In this document: piece after piece, positions 27,612 through 41,654 of the stretch
Layout: each line of letters opens with the position of its first letter
Position numbering within the stretch: the first letter of the stretch is position 1
Notes under the pieces: generated by a model
What the model was told of the DNA's origin: nothing
Databases searched by the model: none
What the model saw: only the letters and a program-made list of their open reading frames with translations
Origin: Utricularia gibba
Lineage: Eukaryota > Plantae > Magnoliophyta
NCBI GenBank assembly: GCA_002189035.1
Contig: NEEC01000013.1
Location: 2,170,001-2,234,000 of the forward strand
Direction: 5' to 3'
Length of the DNA stretch: 64,000 nucleotides
Position numbers and translations under genes: made by a program

Positions 27612-27748
27612 TCAATATCGAGAATCGCAAGTGAGGAACAACCTCAGGCTAGATATCAAGATGATGGTGTTCAAGAACCCAACCAAACAAGCGATAAAAA
27701 GAATGGCATTTTTTTGAAGAAATCTCCAGCTTTACCAACTGCATGCAT
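27612..27748 (-). promoter_or_regulatory. Upstream ORFs in the PAO 5' leader
   Basis: ATG 27748 to TGA 27671 (25 aa) and ATG 27744 to TAG 27649 (31 aa). A third, ATG-less frame ends at TGA 27612. PAO2/3 leaders are known to carry a conserved uORF. Confidence 0.55.
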
Positions 27749-27965
27749 CGTCCGACTCAGCCCACTTTTCCGAATTCAAATCTCATCCCAAAACACCAGT
27801 ACGAACCAGAAGTCGACAACGATTGCAAATCGGAATCCTGACTGAAATCACAAAAATCCACCGATATAATTCCCCAAAATGTCGAAATCTGAATCAGCCC
27901 AGCGATCCCAAAAAGTACAGCAATTGAATTGCGCTTTATGGAATCTGGATTGAATTCGTCGGTCT

Positions 27966-29417
<1,452 letters not shown>

Positions 29418-29972
29418 CGCAAAACGAAGCAGGAGCAATGCTTCAGGATTTCTTCGTTCGCATCGTAAAACGGAAACGGTGAGTCGTCAGATGAAGCGAG
29501 CAGCGGAGCGTGGATCAGACGCTGCGGATCGTAGTACTCTGGAATCTTCGCCCATATCCTAAAATTAAAAATATTCTCCCCAAATTTACATAATTAAAAT
29601 ATTTAAATCAGGATTAAGTTTAATTATCATTATTACCAATGGAAAAGAGTATGTCCTCCCAGTTTTATACCAGTATTTTTATTAATAATGAAAAAATGTA
29701 AAACCGTAAAAATTGAATAATCAAAATCAATATCGTATAAGTAGGGTGTAACTTATTTAAATCTTATAACAAAATATATTCATTAGTAAGTAAGATTAAT
29801 ATATTTAAAAATGATAATTTGGTTTAGTATTAAATAAAAAATTATATATGTGTAAGGATATCATCAAATAGTCTATATATGATGATCTTTTTAAACCAAG
29901 ACTGTTTGTTTTCACATTCAAACTCTCACATTCTTTTGGTTTTTAAGAAGGCAAACCAAAAGAAGGGGGTTG

Positions 29973-30844
29973 TCATCTGGTCTGGAGAATGGACATCTGG
30001 AGGTGTTTGAGTGCTTTCTGGTGATTCAAAAACCCCATGAACCAGAACTCAAAATCATCATCAGTCACCACCTTCACATACTTCTGGCATGGATTCTTCA
30101 CATTCTCACTTTCCACAACTTTTCTGATTTTCCGCAATGGAATCATTACCTTGTAGTGCACTTTCTGCAGCAAGTTTCCCATAGGAGTAGCGATCTTTAT
30201 GGATCTCTCACTGCAGAACGCAACTCTCTGGTTGGACAGGAAGAGCAGCCCTGCGATTGGCCCTGCTGTTGTCGACAAGTAGCACTGAGAAGCTTTCCAA
30301 AGCTTTTCATCGTTGCTGATGGCATTGAACTTTTGCTTGAAGACTTTCTCAACCCCACCAACGTGGATGATTCTTGCTCCCAAGCTCAGCTTCCCCTTCA
30401 CTGTTTCACTCAGCTTTGGCCCCAATCTCACTGCAATTCGGAGATGAAGAACATGTGTAAGCTGGAGAGGAAGCTTTCGATCCATGACTTTATCTACGTT
30501 TACTCACCATGCTCTCTGATTCCCTTCGCAAAAAGGTCCATGTTTTCTCCAAATTTGATCATCTTAGCCATGACTGAGCTCACCCCACCTGCATTTTCAT
30601 CATTCGCTATCATCTCGTATGATCGACCATAAACCACACAACCAGCTGTAGAAAGACAGCTACCTGGCTCACCATGTCTGATCTTGGAGTAGTGTTTCGA
30701 AGGAGATGGCATGATCTGGTATTGAGTGTCTGGATCAGGTAACTGCCTTTTAGCATATGAACTTGGGGTGATGGTACGCTCGAGAACATTTTCCTTCCCC
30801 ACAATTCTCCTGCCAATCCCTGATTTGCCGTATGTTAGCTCCAT
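29973..30844 (-). CDS. GEM-like GRAM-domain protein (GEM-like 4/6/7/8 clade)
   Basis: VRLGPKLSETVKGKLSLGARII, QCYLSTTAGPIAGLLF, AFCSER and VTDDDFEFWFMGFLN. The first ATG after a TATA box is at 30844 (the ORF-track start at 30904 is TTG). Confidence 0.9.
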
Positions 30845-30923
30845 GTCTGCGTGCTTCCCCTTCAGCCGCTGCTCTGTTTCTTCCTCGAGGTTGCTCTGTT
30901 CCAAGCTCTCTATGGATATGCTC

Positions 30924-30931
30924 TATTTATA
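30924..30931 (-). promoter_or_regulatory. TATA box of the GEM-like gene
   Basis: CTATAAATAG on the minus strand, about 80 nt upstream of the ATG. Confidence 0.6.
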
Positions 30932-31768
30932 GCACTCAAAAAGGGAGGCTTAACCTTTAGAGCGCCACGCATTTGCCTGAGTCACCTTCGTGTCATCCCA
31001 TCCGATCCTATCCCAAAACTGACTCCCAGTCTTTTTCAACACAAAGTTGCATAACAGCAACTGCGCCAGAGGATCCTGAGGCTCTGTCCTGGTCCACAGC
31101 CGCATTTGAATGTCACTAAACTGCCCAGACCTTGAGCTGCAGAAGAGAAGGTAACAGATGCTGCAACAGACCTTGAAGGCAGCCCATGTGTGTTGGTTGG
31201 TGACGTAATAGCGTTCCCAGCACATCTATGACTTGTCAGTGCTTACGTGGGGTGCTTTGTTGAAGTGGCATGGACATGGCATGTTTGCTTTATGATGCAA
31301 CAGCCTCTTCCCACTGCCTTCGTTGAGAAGCGAAAGGCAAAAGAAATGACTCTGCTTTCTGTCATCACCCTATCCCCACTCTGCGGTTGCCATTGGACTT
31401 TAAGGTTTGATGTTTTGGCAACCGCTCGTTGTTTCCCTATCCATTACAGAAGCTTGACACTTATTCAATAACCTCATCATCAAGGAGACAGGGGGGGGGG
31501 GGCTCGAAAACTGATTCCAGATTGGGTTTGCTTAAGCAGGAAGAACTTCTCTGGAAAAAGGCCATCCTTTTGGAAAAGGGAGGACTTTTGATGAATGAAA
31601 AGCCACTGTTTATTACTAACTAATGAGGCAAATGGTGCATTTTATTGTGCAGTGGAAGGGTTCATCACGTATTATCTACAGTGCTGCAGAAAAGAGAGTA
31701 CTTGAAACGCCTGATGCAACAGATGCTGCTCTTGCTTGGGCTTTATGATGATCCACAGCAATAATCTT

Positions 31769-32838
31769 TCACTTGTTCTGCCAACTTTTGGTGCCTCTGG
31801 TTACTGATTCATGCCCCAAGGAAACCACTTGCGGGCGAGCCATTGGAGCCATTCCTACAGCGGAACCAGGGACGGGCGCTCCCAAGCCGTAGGCCATGTG
31901 CCCCGGTGCCGGAAGGTTCACTGGTGTTCCGACCGCCGGCCCACCGATGCACTGCCCTGTCCCATAAACGCCCATGGACGGTTGGTGGGCGTTTGTCTTT
32001 CCGGTGATCGGACCCTGAGGGACGGAAACCTCTCCAGTGTTGACACTGGTGATGTCGTGGATGCTCGAACGCCGTCGATTCTTGTTCATGGAGTTCAAAC
32101 GAATGAAGTATTTCTGAGCATGGCTGGCCACCTGAGTTGGAGTCCTGGTCACTACGAAATTGCGAGAAATCCCCCTCCAGTCTCCTTTCCCGTACTTCTC
32201 CAGCCCAAGAAGAAACAACCTGTGTGTTTTTAGTCATTCGGTTAGTTCGATCAGTAGCATTTTCACCATCTCTCTGAACAAAAAACAGCCCTTCCTTATT
32301 GGTTCCTCAATAGATCCAAATCCAGAAAGTCAAGAAACAAAGAAAATAGGACAGATCAATAGGTCGACGAGCTACCATAACACAAAAACAGCAACTTTAG
32401 ATGCTACTGTGTTGATTGAAGAATGAAGATTCCATCATCCAGAGCAAGCAGTATGCTTGCCGCATATGGATTAAGTGAATAGGAGTAAGATGATATATTT
32501 ATTTACCGGTGCTCATCTTCTGTCCAAGCAATTCCCTTGCGGCGCTCCTGATCCGACCTTGAAAGGGACTTTGTGCCACCCTGGCCGGATTCATCAAAGC
32601 CATCGGAACAAACGCTGTAACAGGGGAGCTCAACAAACCCAGAGTCTATTCGATTGACATCTTCGATTAGAAGTTCATAGTGCTGTTTAACTTCTTCAAC
32701 CGATTTCCCTGGAACTTCTGACGCAACCTTCTCCCATCTGTCAGGCGCCTCATCGCGGTATGTGACTATTGCTCTCTCAAATAGCTTATCTTCCTCCCTT
32801 GTCCAAGAGGAGCAGCTACTTTGTTCTCCCGCTGGCAT
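31769..32838 (-). CDS. SRM1: DIVARICATA-type SHAQKYF MYB, SRM1-like
   Basis: Two exons: [44 protein letters not shown] / [34 protein letters not shown], and [16 protein letters not shown]. Confidence 0.9.
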
Positions 32839-35210
32839 CTAGTGTTAAAAGAACCAGATTTCGGGATCTGGGTAAAGCTTCAAAAGCGCTCCGGCCAAAA
32901 AATTCGACTATGAACAAGCAAAGAAGCAAGCTTTTCGATGATTTCACCGGAAAGAGGCACCACAGAATCCAAGAACAGGATGCAAATATCTTAATCGGTT
33001 TGGGGGGAGGGTGAGAAATATCCAGGACGCTTGAAAACCGATACCCAAGTTTAGAAATATGGATATAATAAACAAACGTACAAAAGAAAAAAGAAAAGAT
33101 CTTCGCCTCTGTAATGAAAGACATGAAAAGCAGCAATTGACTGGATGAGGGTAAAATTACCCAGCAGGGTGACCCCTCCCACTGCAATCTCGTCCCCACT
33201 CTAGCCTTTTACCCAGTTTTACAAGCCGGGAACGAGCGCCGAGCACCTCCGCGCTTCCTCCCCACAACTTGCTCACTGCAGTCACTCAATAATCAAGTTA
33301 AAGACCCTCGCTTTCCTCAGTTAACACCGGCAATAACCGCTCCTCCCAAAACCGTCTCACCGGAAACGGTACGGTAATCGTGAGCCGGATTACCCTAATC
33401 CCCATTTTCGACGATAATTTTGAACCGCGTAGTCAATTATACAAAATTATTTTTACAAAATTACACAGAATTAATTTAGATTTTTAACATATTTAAATAT
33501 AATATAATTATATACAACGTTTTATATCAGAAAATAGAAATAGAAATATATAAATAATATATATACATTTATATAATTAACCCTACTCATTTACATATTC
33601 AAAAAATAGGTATATGAATAATATAATAGTGATACATATACAATAGTTAATTAATAATAATATATATGTAAATTTGAGTATAAATATTTTTATTATATAT
33701 TATAAAACACATTATCAATTTTATATCCAAAACCAAGTGGCCATTTTTATTTTTTAAAATAATAATAATAATATAGAGAGAGAGGGCCCACACCTGTCTG
33801 TCTCCATCACGAGGAGCGCGACTACCAGAAGACGGTATAGCATGTTGGGCATCACTGCCTGGATGCATTCAATTATCCATCGTATCGCAATCAAATAATA
33901 ATGAATAAAAAATGGGTATAAATCGCAAGTGGAATTATAATACAAACACACAAATATAATATTAAAATCGAAAATTCTATTACAAATACTATTGAAAAAG
34001 AAGTCGGCGGAGCTGGAAAATAGAAACACCTAGACCTTGACACGTGTCCGTCAGCATGTCCCCTAAAGTAATTCATTTCAATTCCCGAGCCCCGCCTTGC
34101 AGTCGTGCACCAAATTTTGGTATTATTTGATATTAATAATGAAATAAAAACTTAAATTTATCAATATTCAATCTTATTTACGTGTCTTAGGATGGAAATA
34201 CGTAATTTTTTAATAAAAAACATACATGATATCATTTTTCGATAATATGACTTAAATGTTAATGACATAATTTCGATGTTGTGGGCATGAGGCCGCATTC
34301 ATCCCTAATAATGTGATTGGCGGAAGTCGATTAGTAATAGTAAAATTGAATTAAAGAAAAAAATTAGTATTTACAAATGGGGATCAATTGTATTATTCGT
34401 ATAAATAGTGGAAACTATTTTTTTATCCAATTTTCAAATAGTAGGGATCTATTATGAATACTTTTGAAACAACAAAGATTAAAGAATTGTTTATTGAAAT
34501 CAATTATTTCATTTAGAAAAACATTAGTAACTATTCATACAATTTTTCCGTTGTGGGATGGGAGGATGAAAATAATGGAAAATAATTAATTATATTTTAT
34601 ATTATATAAGTTAATAACTTTTGAATCATATTGTTAATAGAAACTTAAAATTGTAACTAAAAGTGGATGGAGACTTAATTAATACTATGATAGAGTATTA
34701 TATATTATAAAAAATAAATGATATCTATTAATAATCTTTAAAATATATCTGATACGTTTCACTATTTAGATATATTTGAAAATAAATTACCTAAATTAAA
34801 TTGAATCCAATAATCGACGTCATTTTCTAAATATATTTATTTATGTATAGACTGGTTTTTGTGTTATTTTTTTAATATAACAATCTCTTTTAATATAATG
34901 ATTATGGGGTACAATTACAAAAGCATTATCCTCCATTCAGAGTTCAGAATTTGATAGACAGGTGGCAACGTGCTCACCTCGTGCTCCAATTATTAGTATT
35001 ATTTCTTGATTAAATCATTATTGTTTTTCCATTTTTTTAATCACCAAATCTTCACCGTCAGGCGTCAGCATCCCTTCTGCTGCTGGACGCATCATGGAAG
35101 CCGTGAAGGAAAACAAAACAAAGAAGCATCTTTTATCGCTGCGCATGTGAACTCATGGAGAAAAAGCCTTTTCCCCTCTCCCCATCAACGACCAAGTCAT
35201 GGTAATGGCG

Positions 35211-38200
35211 TTAAGATGAGGAGGCTGATGCCGTCAGTAGCTCCTCTGCAGGCTTTCCTTGTGGCGCTTGCAGGGGCTGGGATGGAGGAACCAAACAAAA
35301 CATGAAGATTCAGAAGAAATGGCACTGAAAGTAAAGACAAGATTCAGCGTTAGAGGAGAGGGAATGGGCATGTGCTTTACCTCTGCAAGTTCCTTCTCAT
35401 GCTTTGGAATGAAGGCAGTGTCCACTTTTCCATTCTGGAAGTCCTGTGTTGCAGAGTGTTCATCAAGGCCAAGGTGTTGATCTGTTTGAAAATGGTGGTG
35501 GTGGTAGGGAGAGAGAAGATACCTCTACGTCGAGAATGAGCTTGTGGTAATCGATGGTAGTGGGAACACCTGAAAACAAACGAAAAGACAACAGCAGAAG
35601 GATTAAGTAAGGCATCTAACTTGTTTTCGAGAGATTGAAGCTGTTGAATCGTCACCCTTGATGATGGTGTCATCGAGGGCTCGTTTCATTCGCTGGATGG
35701 CCCTTTCTCTTGTTGGCGCCCAGACAATGAGCTAGTTTAAGAGATGTCACTGTATTAGTCCTCCCCATTCAGAGTCCCAGGTTGATCAGGGAAGATGAGT
35801 CTATGGCTAAAACGAGGAAAAAGGGGAGGATCATAAACCTTTCCTAGCAGGGAATCATAGCTTGGTGGCACTACATAGTCTGGATATACATGGCTATCCA
35901 TACGCACAAATGGGCCACCAGGTGGTATGTATGATGTTATCCTCCCTGTTTCGGAAATGAAACAAAATAATTGAAATCAATGCAGAGAGATTAATGGAAG
36001 GAATGCTGAGCAGAGGTACCTGGTCCAGGTCTGAAATTCTTGAAGGCATCTTCTGCATTTATTCGGCACTCTATTGAGTGGCCACGGAGTACAACATCCT
36101 CCTGATAACAGACAGAGATTCAGAAAAATGCGATTTTGGCATGACCAACATGAAGTAGAACATTAGAGGATAGGATGCCTGTGTAACGAAGCTTTTCACC
36201 CATGGCCACACGGATCTGCTCCTCGATCAAGTCCACTGATGAGATCATCTCAGTTACTGGATGCTCCACCTGTATTCTAGTGTTCATCTCCATGAAGTAA
36301 AAGGATCCTCTCTCGTCCAGGAGAAACTCGATAGTACCGATGCCGACGTAGCCTATTGAGGCTGCAGCTGCCACAGCTGCATCACCCATGGCTTTCCTCA
36401 ACTCTGGTGTGAGTGCAGGAGAAGGAGCTTCTTCAAGCAACTTCTGGTTTCTTCTCTGGATATTGGTTGAATTACATAAACAAGCAAAACAAAAACATGC
36501 TTAAGCAATAATAAACTTTGAATCAAATGTTTACCTGAATGCTGCAATCACGTTCCCCAAAGTGGATGACATTGCCATATTTATCAGCCAAAACCTGTAG
36601 CATATCCATATAATAAGCTTTGGTAAAACAGACTTCTGGAGAACACAGCACTTTTGCTGGCAATATTATGACATGGTTAAGGAGATCCATTTGATTCAGA
36701 CAGTGCTCTCTTCTATTCAGATACCCAAGATTCCTCCACTTTCAGTGCAATTACTGGAAAAATGTAAAAAGAAATCAAAATGTTCTGGTAGATTCCAACG
36801 CTGGTACCTGAAATTCTATATGCCTGGGATTCTGTACGTATTTCTCAAGGTACACACCATCATTACCAAAAGCAGCTGCAGCTTCACTCTGAGCTTGCTG
36901 CCAAAGGCAAGGAAAATAAAAACAGGATCTTTGTCATGGGTTAACTAAGAAAGAGTAAAACCTCAGGATGACTTAAAAATAGAACATGCAAACACGGATA
37001 TTTTTGAACAAATCAAAAAAATGTAAGGGGCACAAATAAAAATTAAATAACAAGAAAAATACCTGCAACAACTTAAGAAATTCATCAGGTTCTTTTGCGA
37101 GACGCATTCCACGACCTCCACCCCCAGCAGTTGCCTTCAATTGAAAATTGAAAATAAACAAAGTCTAACTTTAAAATCTTGATACAGCAAGAATACATTT
37201 AATCACGCAGACAGCTCAAAACAATGCACCTTTAAGGACTCAAATGGAGAGATAACGGCATCCAACACAATTTTTTAAAAAGAAGAAGTTCTAAATTACC
37301 TTGATCATTACAGGAAAGCCAATCTCATTTGCAACTCTTATTGCTTCTTCATTGTTCTGTAGTGAAATCATAGGGGAGAAAGCTAAAACAAAAGTGGAAC
37401 TGAAGGAGAAGATGCACATGACTAATACGTCTATAAGAATGTAATACCTGTAATAGCCCATCACTGCCAGGAACAGTTGGAACTCCAGCATTCTTCATTG
37501 TCTCCCTTGCAGTTGACTTGTCACCCATGATCCTGATGCTCTCGGGCTGCATGGATTTCAACTTGGTTCTTATTACCAAAATCACTATGATGTCTAAGAT
37601 TACAAAAAATGTGGAAAGGTGATCAAGATCATATACGGCTAAGATTCTATGATCAGAAAATTCATTTGTCAGAATTGAGACAGTCCATTAATTTGTGTCC
37701 AAAGCACTCACCTTTGGTCCTATAAAGTTTATTCCATGCTCTTGGCACATCTCAACGAATACAGCATTCTCTGATAAAAAACCATAGCCTGGATGAAGCA
37801 TGTTACATCCACGGCTTAGGGCAGCAGAGAGGACATTTGGAATGACCAAATACCTGAAGAATGGACACCGTCACATAATAAGATCATCATATCGAGAATC
37901 CCATCTTTTTCCCTCAACTCAAGAAATAACAACATTTAGATAAGTGAAAGAAGTTGACTCAAGAATGTAAAAATACTTTGTTCTAAGTATGCAATTTTCA
38001 CCAAAAAAAAAAGAAAAAAGAAGTTTTATACAAAGTATCAATTTAAGTCATCGGAAAAAAAGTCAACAGCCTGAACACACTATCGGCCTTCTAGCTAATT
38101 GTAGGCGTGTAAAGAAGTCTTAAAAAATAATGATTGCTTACGACTGATTACTTGGCGCTTCACCGATACAAACAGATTCATCCGCCAGTTTTACATGAAG

Positions 38201-38622
38201 TGCATCTTTATCTATTGTTGAGTACACTGCAACACAGGGAATTCCCATCTCATGGGCAGTCCTAATCACACGCACAGCTATTTCGCCTCTGTTAGCAATC
38301 AAAATTTTGTCATTGCCACATGTGGCAGCAAGAGCACCTCCACTTCTGCGTATTTTACTATGAACTAGTTGGGCAGAATTAGCTCTCTGCTGGGAAATGT
38401 TAATCCTTCTTCCTACCATAAAGCTGCATTGGGAGCTTCTAATTCCTCTCTTAGACTTCATAAATACATCCTAACAAGGAAAAAAACAAGAGTTGAACCC
38501 ATATCACAACCATGATGACAAAGTCCAAGCTGTGATCACGACATTGCGAAAGATGTGGCCTGTACACTTACTGGAGGTGAGTAGACAGATTTGGTGCAAA
38601 AATTCTTTATGGCAGAGTCCAT
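35211..38622 (-). CDS. CAC2: Biotin carboxylase subunit of plastid heteromeric acetyl-CoA carboxylase
   Basis: Exons encode [74 protein letters not shown] and [15 protein letters not shown]. The first coding exon is 38622-38573. The last exon and stop are inferred. Confidence 0.93.
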
Positions 38623-39437
38623 TGCAGCAGGTAATCCAGCCAAAGACCAAACTCCAAAACCTAATCAATCAATGCAAAGTAAGGCATCAGAGAAAGTATA
38701 AATCTCCCAAACAAGCATTTTTCTCCTCAATAAATACAAAAATTATCTTTAAAAAAAACTGAATACTTGTTACTCCGAGTGTTTAAAATCAGATCTTGAT
38801 CCCTCGCAGAGCTCTTCTCAAAACTGCCGGAGAAAGAAATACAGGGAATGGTAGTGGGCAGGTAATGATATCAAGATACCGTCGATGAAAACGAGGTACT
38901 GTAAGCTAATCTACGAAATGTAGAGCGCTGTCCTGGTTAGTCAAAATCTACTCCATAATCTTCGATTTTGCTGGGAAATGGGATAAACTGAAACTAACTT
39001 TATACTCATATTCAAGATACACGACCGGCCGAGATTCTGGTGGAAATGGGATGCTTCCAAGGCAGCCCTCTCGTCAGGAGCTAGCCGTGGGGTTTAGGTC
39101 GGTTGAACCAACGGTACTCTGGGCCTCCGTGATTGACCTCAGAAAGGCCCAAAAGTCTGCAAATTTAGCTGTACACGGCGTTTATACTGAAGAATAGATA
39201 CGGGAGTGGAGACCGGAATTCTATATTTGATCCCATGATGCATTATATGCAATCTGGATTTGTTGTTGCGAAGCTCGTATCTTGGTTTGTTCATTCTGCG
39301 GACGTCACTTTGACGCCAATTTCGTTTCAAGCGGTCCACCGTAGCAGATCTGCCTGAACATCTTTCTGCCTTGGGTTGGGGGAGCAGCGTTTTTTTCTTC
39401 AATTTCTGGATTTTGTTCCTTTTGATCTCACGAGGAA

Positions 39438-41405
39438 ATGGGCAAAGTTTCGTTGCTGATCTATGTTGCTATAGCCGTGGTCCTTCTAATCGTCATCTCC
39501 CGCTCCCCCGACAACAGTAGCGACAGCTTCCGCCGCCGCCATCGTCGCCTCAGGATCCGCTCAAACTTCACATTCACTCCTCCGGCTGATCCCCACCATC
39601 ATCGCGACCGCCCCGCCGCCACGTTCGACCCGATTATTACAGATATCGAGCTGAAGCGAGAGGACAAGGAATGGGAGCAGCATTACTTCCAGACCCATCA
39701 CCCCGATTTCCACTCTGAGTCTTCGGAGGAGCCCGAGTGGGAGGACTTCATGAACGCTGAGGATTACTTGAACAACGAAGATAAGTTCAATGTGACTAAC
39801 AGGCTGGTGCTGCTGTTTCCCAAGATCGATGTGGCGCCTCCTGATGGATATATCAATGAGAGCGAGTTGACAAATTGGTACTTGCAGCAGAGTAAGAGGG
39901 AAGTTTTACATAGAACTCAAAGGGAAATGGAAGTTCATGACAAGAACAAAGATGGGCATGTGTCTTTTCTGGAGTATGATCCACCCAGCTGGGTGAAGAA
40001 TTCAGGTGAGTTATCAGCATACACTTACTAAACCCCACAAATCTTTGATTTTTTTGGGGGTTTCATGAAGCACTTTCACAATGTTGTTATTGGAGTGTGA
40101 AAAAATCCATACGAACCGTGAGTGTAAGGAGAATGCACTTACGCCTTTTCCCCTCTGTGCCCTATACAGTGCTTATCCATCAGCTAGAACTGAAGTTTCC
40201 AATGGTGCTTGATATGCTTTTACATTCAACCATTGGCATGAGGTTTACCAGTACCAGTCCTAGACAATGATTAATTGTTGATAGGCTGCTCTATTTCAGT
40301 TTTCAATACCTTCTAATGGTATCCATGTTCTTATTGTGGACCTTTTTCTATAGACAGTGGCTCATTTGGATATGATATGGGTTGGTGGAAAGAGGAGCAC
40401 TTTAATGCATCTGATGGTGATCATGATGGGCTTCTGAATATCACCGAATTCAACGAGTACGATTCTTATGGTTTCCAAGATTCATCCTTTAGGACCAGTC
40501 TCTGTTTCAAAACTTATTCCATATACAATGAAGTCATTCCCTTTCTTGTCTTGTTTCTGTAGTTTCCTTCATCCCTCTGATTCTGCGAATCCCGTGCTGC
40601 GGCTATGGTTATGCCAGGAGGAGATAAGGTGCTTCAACTTTTCTATATTCCTTCCTGTAGTTTTTCCTTCTAGTGATTCAGTTCTTGGCTTAACTGTCTT
40701 ATCCATGTTTTCCTTGTAACTTACTTTCCATCTTGTATTTCTTTAAGTCACAAAATGTCATTTTTTCCGGTGTCAGGGAACGAGATTCTGATAAAGATGG
40801 GAAGGTAAACTTCCAGGAGTTTTTTCATGGGCTCTTCGACTCCCTGAGAGTCAACGATGAAGATAACAAAAATTCTTCTTCCCATGAGTCGGATGATTCA
40901 CTTGAGGCCCCAGCTAAGAAGCTGTTTTCACAGCTTGATAAAGATGGTGACGGGTAATGAACTCCCCATTCTTGTATGTATGCTTCACGATTGGTATGAA
41001 TCATCCTTCAGCTCCTACTTGTTCCAAAAGGTACCTGTCGGATGTGGAGTTGCTCCCGATCATCGACCAGATTCATCCCACGGAGCAGTATTACGCCAAA
41101 CAGCAAGCTGATTACATCCTGCAGCAGGTATATTCATCAAGTTTATGGTCTAGGAGATGAAGAAGCATAGCACAAGCTCTCTGGAGAACTTTCTTCACAA
41201 TGTCCCTGCTCGTGTTTTGATGAAAAGTGTGTGTTTTGGGGAAGTGCATTAGATGCAAACCTGTGTTGCAATGCAGGCTGACACAGACAAGGATGGGCGT
41301 CTCAGCCTGGCAGAGATGATCGAGAACCCCTACGTCTTCTACAGCGCGGTGTTTGAGGAGGAAGACGATGATGAGGATTACCTGCACAATGATGAGTTCC
41401 GTTAG
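39438..41405 (+). CDS. Calumenin/reticulocalbin-like multi-EF-hand secretory-pathway protein
   Basis: N-terminal signal anchor, FNVTNRLVLLFPKID, EF-hand loops DKNKDGHVS, DGDHDGLLN, DSDKDGKVN, DKDGDGYLS and DTDKDGRLS. It ends in HNDEFR*. Confidence 0.9.
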
Positions 41406-41654
41406 CATGTATCTGTAGCGAAGAGGAACCTTTCATTTCCATCCCACCGTGGAAAAGCTTCAGTTTTGGAGGCAACGGAGTGGAGCAGATGAGTGAAGCA
41501 TGACGTCGGCCATGGCAGAACTTCTTCTCTGAGATTAGCGCATTTTATAGATTGTGTTGCAGAATTTGGACACCATTTCAAGAAAAGAATTCATTTTCCA
41601 GTCGCTTTAAAGGGCTGGGAATCTTCAATTATCTGTCTCATCTTCTTCGCAAGC

